The notes beneath the pieces were generated by a model, which was not told where the DNA came from, searched no databases, and worked only from the letters and a program-made list of their open reading frames with translations. Of a stretch of 64,000 bases of DNA, positions 23,841 through 32,404 are shown in pieces (the stretch's first letter is position 1; each line of letters opens with the position of its first letter). Location: the NCBI GenBank assembly GCA_049430265.1, contig JBMTBW010000002.1:112620-176619 (forward strand), written 5' to 3'. Source of the DNA: Candidatus Nanopelagicaceae bacterium (lineage in GTDB: Bacteria; Actinomycetota; Actinomycetes; Nanopelagicales; Nanopelagicaceae). The position numbers were made by a program, and so were the translations under genes.

Positions 23841-24289
23841 TGTCCTTAAATAGATTCAAGGTTGCTCGGTTTTCCCTATTAGCTCTCTTTGGAATTGTCA
23901 CAGTGCTCCAGCTTTTTTCATTTCCTGGTCAATTCGCACATATGCGTCGCGTCAATGGGCTATCACTGCTCATTGAAATTCTACTAACTCTGGTAGTTGT
24001 AGCACTCTTTGCCTGTGCACAGGTTGCTATAATTTCACTCTGGAAAATAATTAGCGAAACCGAGCAAGGTAGGTTTCACTCCACTGCAAGCTACCTTTGG
24101 ATGAATCGTTTGATACTTAGCTTTAAAGCTGCCGCGTTTTTTCCGATTTTATTAATTCTTATAGTGGCCCCAAAGGCTGATGATCCTGGAGTGATGGTTC
24201 TTTTGATTGCAATTACGCTCTTTGTCTCAGCTCTCTTTCAAATTAGCTCGATATTTCGCGATCAGATTCAAAGAAAAGAAACGAATTAG
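23837..24289 (+). CDS. Hypothetical four-TM membrane protein
   Basis: 150 aa with four hydrophobic helices. The start overlaps the crtYd stop (ATGA). I recognise no family. Confidence 0.5.
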   Translation: MMSLNRFKVARFSLLALFGIVTVLQLFSFPGQFAHMRRVNGLSLLIEILLTLVVVALFACAQVAIISLWKIISETEQGRFHSTASYLWMNRLILSFKAAAFFPILLILIVAPKADDPGVMVLLIAITLFVSALFQISSIFRDQIQRKETN

Positions 24290-24312
24290 ATTCGGCTAGA
24301 CTGCGCACGTTG

Positions 24313-24386
24313 GGGGCAGTAGCTCAGTTGGTTAGAGCCCCGGACTCATAATCCGGTCGTCGTAGGTTCGAGCCCTACCTGCCCCA
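24313..24386 (+). tRNA. tRNA with CAU anticodon (elongator tRNA-Met, or lysidine-modified tRNA-Ile2)
   Basis: 74-nt cloverleaf: acceptor GGGGCAG/CTGCCCC, D-arm GCTC-AGTTGGTTA-GAGC, anticodon stem CCGGA/TCCGG with loop CTCATAA, T-arm GTAGG-TTCGAGC-CCTAC. The G1:C72 pair and the absence of GGG/CCC in the anticodon stem argue against an initiator. Confidence 0.9.
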
Positions 24387-24499
24387 CTTGATCAATTGAG
24401 CGTAAATGCTCTCAAGTCCTCCTGTGAACTCTTAGCCCTGCGCTGATACGCTCACCCTCAATTCCTCCCCACATCACTTCCAAGTCATGAAAGGTAAGA

Positions 24500-25654
24500 A
24501 TGAAAAAATCAAGAATTATTGCTTTCGCCGCTCTGGCATCTCTTACGCTCTCTCTTCTCTCAGCGATTGCTCCAGCTCAAGCAGCTCGTGATCTAAAGGG
24601 AAGTAAATGTGCACAAGAGGGATTAGTTCGCACAATTCAAGGCGTTACCTACACATGCGAGCGCGTTAGCGGATCTTTGCAGTATGCCCAGGGACGTAAA
24701 CTCTCTGGAACACTAAATGTTCTCTGCACACCACAAGAATCCTGGTGCGTTGCAATGACACAGGCATTCCAAGCAAAAACTGGAATCACTACAAAATTTA
24801 TTCGCCTCTCATCAGGTGAAGCTCTAACTCGTCTAATTGCTTCCAAAAATAATCCAGAGTTTGATGTCTGGACTGGCGGACCGAATGACAGCCATATCTC
24901 AGGTCGAATTCAAGGAGTTCTAGATACTTACAAGTCGCCAACTAGAAATATGCTCAAGAAGCAGTTCCAAGACAGCGATGGTTATTGGACCGGTATTTAT
25001 ATGGGAGCTCTAGGTTTCTGTTCAAATACCAATGAGCTAAAGCGTCTTGGTCTTCGCGCTCCAACAAGTTGGAATGACCTTCTAGATCCTAAGTACAAGG
25101 GCAACATCATGATGGCCCACCCTGGCACTTCAGGTACTGCATACACCGCACTCTGGTCACAGGTATTGCGCCTTGGATCTCAAGATGCAGCGATTGCTTA
25201 CATGAAAGATCTAAACAAGAACATTCTTAGCTACACCAGAAGCGGCGCTGGTCCAACCGGTCCACTTGGTCGCGGCGAAGTTGCAACTGGTTTGGTCTTC
25301 TCTCACGACTGCACCGCAGCAAAACTTCGTGGCAATCCATTAGTCGTCTCCTTCCCTAAAGAAGGAACTGGCTTTGAAATTGGTGGAATTGCTCTAGTTA
25401 AGGGCGCCAAGAACGCAGAAGCTGCTAAGGCTTATATTGATTTCTCACTATCGGCTGAAGCGCAAAATCTTGGACCTGCAAAGGCTGAGTCTTTCCAGAT
25501 TCTTACCAATCCAAATGGAAAGTATGACCGACGAATGGTCAACTTAAGCAAGGTTACTTTGCTTGATTATCAAGCAGAGGCAGCAGGAGTTGCAGCAGTT
25601 GCACTCAAGGCTCGCTTCGATAAGGAAGTAGCGCTAACTTCATCCGCTAAGTAA
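24500..25654 (+). CDS. ABC transporter substrate-binding protein (iron(III)/thiamine-type family 1 SBP)
   Basis: 384 aa with a signal peptide (...AIAPAQA). It is the first gene of an SBP, double-permease, ATPase operon. The ligand cannot be assigned. Confidence 0.8.
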   Translation: MKKSRIIAFAALASLTLSLLSAIAPAQAARDLKGSKCAQEGLVRTIQGVTYTCERVSGSLQYAQGRKLSGTLNVLCTPQESWCVAMTQAFQAKTGITTKFIRLSSGEALTRLIASKNNPEFDVWTGGPNDSHISGRIQGVLDTYKSPTRNMLKKQFQDSDGYWTGIYMGALGFCSNTNELKRLGLRAPTSWNDLLDPKYKGNIMMAHPGTSGTAYTALWSQVLRLGSQDAAIAYMKDLNKNILSYTRSGAGPTGPLGRGEVATGLVFSHDCTAAKLRGNPLVVSFPKEGTGFEIGGIALVKGAKNAEAAKAYIDFSLSAEAQNLGPAKAESFQILTNPNGKYDRRMVNLSKVTLLDYQAEAAGVAAVALKARFDKEVALTSSAK

Positions 25655-25679
25655 CCTAGTAATATAAGTAACGTAGTTC

Positions 25680-25711
25680 GAGGGGTTCTGAAATAACTTT
25701 CAGAGCCCCTC
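25680..25711 (+). other. Intercistronic stem-loop between the SBP and permease genes
   Basis: GAGGGGTTCTGAAA-TAAC-TTTCAGAGCCCCTC forms a 14-bp stem (one G:U pair) with no T-run. It lies 26 nt after the SBP stop. Confidence 0.5.
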
Positions 25712-25740
25712 ACTACTAATATGAGTTAAGGAGCAGTTTT

Positions 25741-27441
25741 TTGAGCATTAAAGCCAGTGGAGCGAAATACGACATCTTCACAAAGATTGCTCTAATTCTG
25801 GTTATTTTCATCATCGGATTTTTAATAATCCTGCCTCTAATAAATATCTTAATTTATTCCACGCAGCCTTCAGGCAGCGCCATCATTACTGGATCTTTTA
25901 GCGATGTTGTCACTAGGAATATTATTTGGAATACCGTAAAGCTAGGTCTTACGGTGGCGGCACTTGGAACTGTTCTGGGTTTCATCATGGCCTACACCCA
26001 AGCTCGAGTTGAGTTTAGAGGCAAGAAAATTCTTCATATCATCAACTTAATTCCAATCATTTCTCCGCCATTTGCTTTTGCTACCGCAATCATTGTGCTC
26101 TTTGGCCGAAGTGGAATGATCACTAGAGGTGTATTTGATTGGCGCCCAACACTCTATGGCTTTCCAGGACTGGTTCTAGTTTTAACTCTCTCATTTTTTC
26201 CAATTGCTTATATGAATCTCTTAGGAATGCTAAGAAGCCTTGATCCTGCCCTAGATGAAGCTGGTTCAAGTCTTGGTGCTAATAAGGCCAGAATATTTAG
26301 AACCGTGACTCTTCCACTTTTGATTCCAGGATTTGCTGGGTCATTTTTACTGCTATTTATTGAATCGATTGCCGATTTAGCAAATCCGATAATTATCGGT
26401 GGTAATTACACAGTTCTTGCCTCACGGGCTTATATGGCAATTAATGGTGATTACGACATCTCACTTGCTGCAGGTTATTCCTCGCTGCTTTTATTACCCG
26501 CGCTTCTTGTATTTTTGGTCCAACGCTATTGGGCCCAGAAGAAGAGTGTGGTTTCAGTAACTGGAAAGCCAAGTGGCCGTCCAACTCTAGTTACATCTAG
26601 GGGCGCAAAATTCTTCTTGCTCTCGGTAACAGGATTACTCACAACTCTTATTGTTATGGTCTATGCAACTGTGATCTTTGGCGCATTTGTAAAGATCATT
26701 GGAGTAAATAATGAATTCACTTTAGAAAACTTCCGCTATCTCCTCGGTGGTTTTGCCAATGGAGCGATTAAGACAACAACGATGCTTGCTCTCATAGCCA
26801 CTCCCCTAGCTGGAGTTTTCGGTATGTTGATTGCATGGCTAGTTATTAGAAAAGTTAAGCGAGGCTCTGAAGCGCTAGATTTCTTAGGTATGTTGGGTAT
26901 CGCAGTTCCTGGAACAGTTATCGGTATTGGATATGCCATCACCTATAACGATCCGGTAAAAGTTGCTGGCGTAACAGTATTTCCTCAAGTTGCAGGGGGA
27001 GCTGCTCTACTTGGTGGCTCTATTGCAATTGTTATGGTCTACATCATTAGATCAAGTCCAGCAGGACAACGTTCTGGTATTTCTATGTTGCAACAGATTG
27101 ATCCCTCAATTGAGGAAGCATCTGCCTCACTTGGTGCACCTGGCGGTAAGACATTCCGCCTAATTACCCTTCCGCTCATTAGCGGCGCATTCTTATCAGG
27201 ACTTATGTACGCCTTTGCTCACTCGATGACCACGCTATCTCCCATCATCTTCCTGGTAACCCCAGATACATCAATACTTACCCAGAAGATTCTGGCTGAG
27301 GCAGACCAGGGTAGATACGGCAATGTTTTTGCCCTCTGCTGCATTTTGATTTTAATTATTTTAGTAATTGGCAGCTTAATCAATCTGCTAGTACGCAGAA
27401 GTCAAGTTTCAATAGAACGCCCGATGGTGACAGGACGCTAA
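25741..27441 (+). CDS. ABC transporter permease, duplicated (FbpB/ThiP-like)
   Basis: 566 aa with two tandem permease modules, each carrying an EAA-type loop (LDEAGSSLGANKARIF; IEEASASLGAPGGKTF). The TTG start has AAGGAG 8 nt upstream. Confidence 0.85.
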   Translation: MSIKASGAKYDIFTKIALILVIFIIGFLIILPLINILIYSTQPSGSAIITGSFSDVVTRNIIWNTVKLGLTVAALGTVLGFIMAYTQARVEFRGKKILHIINLIPIISPPFAFATAIIVLFGRSGMITRGVFDWRPTLYGFPGLVLVLTLSFFPIAYMNLLGMLRSLDPALDEAGSSLGANKARIFRTVTLPLLIPGFAGSFLLLFIESIADLANPIIIGGNYTVLASRAYMAINGDYDISLAAGYSSLLLLPALLVFLVQRYWAQKKSVVSVTGKPSGRPTLVTSRGAKFFLLSVTGLLTTLIVMVYATVIFGAFVKIIGVNNEFTLENFRYLLGGFANGAIKTTTMLALIATPLAGVFGMLIAWLVIRKVKRGSEALDFLGMLGIAVPGTVIGIGYAITYNDPVKVAGVTVFPQVAGGAALLGGSIAIVMVYIIRSSPAGQRSGISMLQQIDPSIEEASASLGAPGGKTFRLITLPLISGAFLSGLMYAFAHSMTTLSPIIFLVTPDTSILTQKILAEADQGRYGNVFALCCILILIILVIGSLINLLVRRSQVSIERPMVTGR

Positions 27442-27450
27442 GGAGAAATA

Positions 27451-28584
27451 ATGAAGAATAAATCAGGAAGACTAAACCTTGATGCCCTTACTAAGGAGTT
27501 TGGTAATGACAAAGAGAAGGTAGTGGCGGTGCGCCAACTTTCGCTGACTATCAATCCTGGTGAGTTTGTCACCCTGCTTGGCCCATCTGGCTGTGGCAAA
27601 ACAACTGCACTTCGAATGATTGCTGGATTTGAAACCCCAACTAGTGGAAAAGTTCTGCTAGATGGCGAAGATCTAAGTTCACTAACACCAGATAAGCGCC
27701 CGATGGGAATGGTTTTTCAATCTTATGCATTGTTTCCTCATCTTAGCGTCTTTGACAATGTTGCCTATGGCCTAAAAATTAAGAAGATGTCAGCAGCTGC
27801 AATAAAAGAAGCGGTTGGTGAAGTCCTAAATTCCATGAGTCTTTCCCATCTTGCAAATCGCGCTCCTAATCAATTATCAGGTGGACAACAGCAAAGAGTT
27901 GCTCTTGCTAGAGCAATGGTTGTTAGACCTAAAGTTCTTTTATTCGATGAGCCACTTTCAAATCTTGACGCCAAATTGCGAGCGCAGATGCGAATTGAGA
28001 TTCGCTCAATTCAACAAAAACTAGGCATTACCAGCATCTTTGTGACGCATGATCAGGATGAAGCGATGAGCCTCTCTGATCGGATTGTTGTTATGCGGAA
28101 TGCAGTTGTGGAGCAAGTTGGCACACCTGATGAGGTTTATCGCAGACCAGCAACGGTATTTGTTGCTGATTTCATTGGGCGCTCAAACTTCTTAGCAGTT
28201 GAAACTTTTAGCAAAGCTGCAGAAAACAAGGCCAAAATCGAGGTTAGTGGCAAGAAAATGGTAGTTGCTGCTCACTCAAAAGCCCTTTCTTCAAGCAAGC
28301 CAGTCTTATTGGTTCGTCCTGAATCAATCTTGGTCACCTCTGCAAAGAGCAGAAGTTCAAAGCCTGGAAAGGGTGAAGGATTAGTTGAAAATGTTGTTTT
28401 CTATGGAAATCACGTTGAATACACCTTAGATACTGATGAGGGAAGAATTATCTCAGTTGTCTCAGATCCAATTTATGATGAGATTGTTCCGGTTGGAAAA
28501 ATAGCTAAGTACTCATTTGATCCATCAAGAGCGTGGCTACTTCCATCCCAATCTAGCCAGGATGTTACAGAGAGCAGAAAATGA
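27451..28584 (+). CDS. ABC transporter ATP-binding protein (FbpC/PotA-like)
   Basis: 377 aa with Walker A (GPSGCGKTT), signature (LSGGQQQR), Walker B (LLFDEPLS) and a C-terminal TOBE-like domain. Confidence 0.9.
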   Translation: MKNKSGRLNLDALTKEFGNDKEKVVAVRQLSLTINPGEFVTLLGPSGCGKTTALRMIAGFETPTSGKVLLDGEDLSSLTPDKRPMGMVFQSYALFPHLSVFDNVAYGLKIKKMSAAAIKEAVGEVLNSMSLSHLANRAPNQLSGGQQQRVALARAMVVRPKVLLFDEPLSNLDAKLRAQMRIEIRSIQQKLGITSIFVTHDQDEAMSLSDRIVVMRNAVVEQVGTPDEVYRRPATVFVADFIGRSNFLAVETFSKAAENKAKIEVSGKKMVVAAHSKALSSSKPVLLVRPESILVTSAKSRSSKPGKGEGLVENVVFYGNHVEYTLDTDEGRIISVVSDPIYDEIVPVGKIAKYSFDPSRAWLLPSQSSQDVTESRK

Positions 28585-28826
28585 GCCCGCTTTCCTACCT
28601 TAGATACTTAGCCTATGCGCTCTTTGCCCTTGGCCTAATTAATCTACGTTACCAAACTGGAGCTAGCGACCTTGTCTTAAAAACAGTGTTAATTTCAGGA
28701 ACAGGTGTAATCATCTTTACCCTGACCTATCTAAATTTCGGTAAAGCCTTTCTAGCAAAGTCTTTTGGCAGAACAATTACCTGGATTATCGGTATTGCCG
28801 CCATTATCTTTGCGATCATTAATTAG
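28581..28826 (+). CDS. Hypothetical small membrane protein
   Basis: 81 aa with about three hydrophobic helices. The start overlaps the ATPase stop (ATGA). Confidence 0.45.
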   Translation: MSPLSYLRYLAYALFALGLINLRYQTGASDLVLKTVLISGTGVIIFTLTYLNFGKAFLAKSFGRTITWIIGIAAIIFAIIN

Positions 28827-28835
28827 CATAAAATT

Positions 28836-29096
28836 ATGGAATTAGCTGAGATTAAATCTCGCTGGAATGATGTCCTAGATCTTCTCGAGCGTGAAAATCG
28901 CGTGGCATGGCTGGCATTCTTTGATGCCAGATTGGTGAGCTTTAGTAACAATGAACTTAAACTTTCCTTCATTGATGCTGAGAAGTTAAGCGGAGCACAT
29001 AACTATGCTCAGGTGAGAAAAGATTCTCACCGCCACGCCTTAGAAGCTGCAATAGAAGAGATTTTTGGAGTAAGTATCGTCATAATTACCGAGTGA
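28836..29096 (+). CDS. Hypothetical protein resembling the C-terminal domain of actinobacterial DnaX (DnaA-N-like fold)
   Basis: 86 aa. The pattern RWNDVLDLLERENRVAWLAFF..ARLVSFSNNELKLSF...ALEAAIEEIFGVSIVI matches, by eye, the W-x2-(I/V)L...R.AW...L.L.F...L..A..E.FG pattern of DnaX C-termini. The stop overlaps the GH25 gene start (GTGA). Confidence 0.5.
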   Translation: MELAEIKSRWNDVLDLLERENRVAWLAFFDARLVSFSNNELKLSFIDAEKLSGAHNYAQVRKDSHRHALEAAIEEIFGVSIVIITE

Positions 29097-30712
29097 TTTC
29101 TCCCCGCCGCGTATCCCTTCTCTTACTCATTTGGGCGCTACTAGCCAATATCAGCTCCCCTATTTCGCAGGCGGCGACAACTTCATCCTTTAATTTAACT
29201 CAGACTCCTGCATTTCCTGATTACAAAGTAACTTTTCATGGCGTTATTAAGCCGAAGGTAAAAAATGCAGTGGTAAAAATTGATGTAAAAATTGGCAACT
29301 CTTGGAGTGATACCCGCCTTAGAACTAAATCAACCCCAAGCGGAGCCTGGAAGATTCAAGCAAGAGCTACAGCCCTTGCTGCCAACGCAACTTATCGAGC
29401 AAAAGTGATTATTGGAGGAAAAACACTCACCACAAAGACTAAGCGAATTGTGATTGAGCAGAACCCAGCCATTTCTACTCCAGATGAATTAATCTCACTT
29501 AGCGGTCCTGGCGGTCGCATTCATGGCACTGATATAAGCCGCTGGCAGCATCCGCAAGATAAACCGATTGACTTTGTGAAGATGTATAACGCAGGAATTA
29601 GATTTGTAATGATTAAAGCCTCTGATACAAGAGATGATGCTGACGCACTTGCTCTTAAGTATCTCTTGATGGATCGTGATGCAGCCCAAGCGGCAGGTAT
29701 CTATACCGGTTATTACCACTACACAATATTGCCTAATACCACCAATAAAGAATTCGTAATTCTTGATGCCAAAGCTCAAGCTCAAAAAGCGTTGTGGCGA
29801 CTCACTAGCCTTGGTGGCTATACCGAGCGAGATCTGCCATACGCACTTGATTTGGAATATAACTGTGTGCAAGTTACCAACGGCAGCTGCGTTAAGTATG
29901 CACCAAAGTCTGTAGTAACGCTCTGGGCTGAAACTTGGCTTGAAACGATGTATGAAAAAACAGGCCGTAAGCCGTTTCTTTATTCTTATCCCACATTTCT
30001 AGAGCAAGCTATGGTAAGAAGTGAAAAATTACGCCAATATCCACTATGGAAAGCACAATACGGGATCAATCCTGCAGATCCGATTGCTGAGCCAGGGAGA
30101 AAGGCATTTGGCTGCTTTGTTCACTCTTGGTCAACTGCCAACTGCTCATCGCTCTGGCAAATTTGGCAGTATTCATCGTGCGGAATTGGCGAGAAATATG
30201 GAGTGCCATCACCAAGGGTCGATTTAAATGTATTTAGAGGAGATAGCGCTTCATTCCTTCAATTAACAAGAGGTATCTGGACCCCTGCTGTTGGCGATTA
30301 TCTTCCGGTCAAGGAACCGACCACTCTGCTTATCACCAGCGTTAACGCAACTAGCACCGATAAGCCGGTGAAGATTAAGGTGGAAGTTAAACGCCCAAGC
30401 GGAGAGCCTGTTGTTACTGGAACCGTAGCTTTTAGGAGAAGTCCTGTTGAGGGCGGGGGCCCAGTTGTTAAAGTGGAACAGAACCCAGTCCGAGATAGGG
30501 CTGGGATCTGGACTCTAACTCTAAGGAATCTTCCTGCAGGTCTTACGCAAGGATATGTCGCATTTGTTGATCAAACTGGAACGCACTTAGAAAATCGCCA
30601 AGACTTATCAATTAATCTGATTCAAGGACCTGAAGTTGTTGTTACTCCAACGCCAAAGCCGAGTAAGCCGGTAGTGCCTTTTGATTCTTGCAAGAATCAA
30701 ATTAAGAATTAA
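29093..30712 (+). CDS. Secreted GH25 muramidase (lysozyme) with flanking Ig-like domains
   Basis: 539 aa with a signal peptide and a GH25 core (GTDISRWQ, FVMIKASD, YALDLEYN). N- and C-terminal beta-rich regions flank the core. Confidence 0.8.
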   Translation: MISPRRVSLLLLIWALLANISSPISQAATTSSFNLTQTPAFPDYKVTFHGVIKPKVKNAVVKIDVKIGNSWSDTRLRTKSTPSGAWKIQARATALAANATYRAKVIIGGKTLTTKTKRIVIEQNPAISTPDELISLSGPGGRIHGTDISRWQHPQDKPIDFVKMYNAGIRFVMIKASDTRDDADALALKYLLMDRDAAQAAGIYTGYYHYTILPNTTNKEFVILDAKAQAQKALWRLTSLGGYTERDLPYALDLEYNCVQVTNGSCVKYAPKSVVTLWAETWLETMYEKTGRKPFLYSYPTFLEQAMVRSEKLRQYPLWKAQYGINPADPIAEPGRKAFGCFVHSWSTANCSSLWQIWQYSSCGIGEKYGVPSPRVDLNVFRGDSASFLQLTRGIWTPAVGDYLPVKEPTTLLITSVNATSTDKPVKIKVEVKRPSGEPVVTGTVAFRRSPVEGGGPVVKVEQNPVRDRAGIWTLTLRNLPAGLTQGYVAFVDQTGTHLENRQDLSINLIQGPEVVVTPTPKPSKPVVPFDSCKNQIKN

Positions 30713-32385
30713 CCTACTTTACTCTCTATCTGAGTAGCTCTCTCTAAATTTTTCTTTTGACGAAGGATTATCTGCTCATACTCATTAATAGATTTGGCAA
30801 TCTCTTTCTTTTCAAGCCCTACATACTTACCAAGGAGTTCGCCTAGATAGCTAGTAATACTCAGCCCAGAGTCATTTGCTTCAAATGCAATACGAGTTCT
30901 TCTTGATAACAAATCATCGATAGTTAGAGCTGCTTCATGGGTAATGGCATAGAGCGCTTCTGCTTTTATATATAGCAAGCCTTCAATTAGAGGCTCAAGC
31001 AGTGAAGTATCTTCTTTTGCTGGAGCTAAGACTTCATCAAATAAAGATCCGTAGCGATCAAGAAGATGTCTGATGGTTTCTTCAGATAGACCATACTCTT
31101 TAGCAAGTTTTGGAATCTTATTTATCAATACTGAATAACCTTCAGCGCCAATGATGGCAAGGTTTTCAGTTGTTGAATCAGGAACGATTCTCCTTAAGTG
31201 ATTTACAGCTTCATCAACTGCATCCTCTGACATCACGCGATATGTGGTGTATTTACCGCCAGCGATTGAAACAAAGCCAGGTGCAGGGCTATCAACGACA
31301 TGCTCTCTAGATAATGTAGTTGTTGGTGAGTCAGGATCAGTTGAAACAAGTGGACGAAGGCCTGCAAATACACCGACTACTTGATCGCGTCTTAGTTTGG
31401 GCTCGAGTACTCGATTAGCTTGATTAATTATGTATGAAACATCATCGCTACTTGCTAGTGGCTCCTCTTTACTCTCTTGGTAATCAGTATCGGTTGTGCC
31501 AACTATCCATTGCTCGCCCCAAGGGATGATGAAAAGCACAGAAACATCGGTCTTAATAATTACGCCACTTTGAGAGTTTATTGCGCTCTTGGGCACAACA
31601 ATGTGTGAACCCTTCGACATGCGAACCTTATAACCGGCTTTAAGTCCAAACTTCTCATGGAGCTGATCACTCCAAACCCCTGATGCCATAATCGTGGCTT
31701 TTGCACGGACTTCAATTACCTCATCACTAATTAAATCTCTAATCTTTGCGCCAACTACTCGCTTACCATTTTTTACAACTTCTTCACATCTAGTTCTTGT
31801 GGTAATAACTGCGCCATATTTAGCAGCAGTTCTTGCAATGCTCATGGTGTGTCGAGCATCATCTACTTGAGCATCAAAGTATTGAAATCCTCCAGTTATT
31901 ACATCAAGGCGCAGTGATGGCGCAATCTCGCTTACCTTCTTCTGGGATAAGTGTTTATGCCAAGGAAGCGCTCTCTTAAAGCCTCGTAGCGCGTCATAGA
32001 GCGCCATTCCAGCTCCCACATAAGTTCTCTCAATTAGTTTTTCATGGAGTGGATAGAGAAATGAAACTGGCTTCACCAAGTGCGGTGAGAGCGTAGTGAC
32101 CATTAACTCTCGCTCATAAAGCGCCTCTCTTACAAGGCGAAAATCATATTGTTCAAGATAGCGAAGTCCGCCATGAATTAACTTTGAAGATTTGGAGGAA
32201 GTTCCTGATGCGAAGTCTCCGCTTTCAACTAAAGCAACGCTTAGCCCTCGTGATGCAGCATCAAGAGCAATTCCCACGCCATTAATTCCGCCGCCAATTA
32301 CCAAAATATCAAATTCGCTCTCACTCAAAGCAGCAATGGCGGAGCCTCGGGTGGCGATATTCAGGCTGGAATTAGATATGGACAC
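30709..32385 (-). CDS. glpD: Glycerol-3-phosphate dehydrogenase (FAD-dependent)
   Basis: 558 aa with the FAD dinucleotide fold ([15 protein letters not shown]). It is divergent from glpK and starts at GTG. Confidence 0.9.
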   Translation of the reverse strand: MSISNSSLNIATRGSAIAALSESEFDILVIGGGINGVGIALDAASRGLSVALVESGDFASGTSSKSSKLIHGGLRYLEQYDFRLVREALYERELMVTTLSPHLVKPVSFLYPLHEKLIERTYVGAGMALYDALRGFKRALPWHKHLSQKKVSEIAPSLRLDVITGGFQYFDAQVDDARHTMSIARTAAKYGAVITTRTRCEEVVKNGKRVVGAKIRDLISDEVIEVRAKATIMASGVWSDQLHEKFGLKAGYKVRMSKGSHIVVPKSAINSQSGVIIKTDVSVLFIIPWGEQWIVGTTDTDYQESKEEPLASSDDVSYIINQANRVLEPKLRRDQVVGVFAGLRPLVSTDPDSPTTTLSREHVVDSPAPGFVSIAGGKYTTYRVMSEDAVDEAVNHLRRIVPDSTTENLAIIGAEGYSVLINKIPKLAKEYGLSEETIRHLLDRYGSLFDEVLAPAKEDTSLLEPLIEGLLYIKAEALYAITHEAALTIDDLLSRRTRIAFEANDSGLSITSYLGELLGKYVGLEKKEIAKSINEYEQIILRQKKNLERATQIESKVG

Positions 32386-32391
32386 GCCCCT

Positions 32392-32398
32392 TAGGATA
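32392..32398. promoter_or_regulatory. Shared bidirectional -10 element (TAGGATA) for glpD and glpK
   Basis: The top strand reads TAGGAT 7 nt before the glpK ATG. The bottom strand reads TATCCT 7 nt before the glpD GTG. The whole intergenic spacer is 19 bp. Confidence 0.4.
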
Positions 32399-32404
32399 CG
32401 GGCT

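Noticed and set aside
24313-30712. Genomic island integrated at the tRNA(CAU) gene (ABC importer through GH25 lysozyme)
   Set aside because: I found no integrase or recombinase, no direct repeat of the tRNA 3' end downstream, and no obvious compositional shift by eye.
32192-32404. N-terminal extensions of track ORFs: glpK 32192, alpha-galactosidase up to 36174, glyQS up to 45006, etfB up to 17697, rpsT up to 2245
   Set aside because: The extensions run antisense through neighbouring genes or leaders and precede the conserved family N-termini. Internal starts match the family N-termini and, where present, SD sequences.
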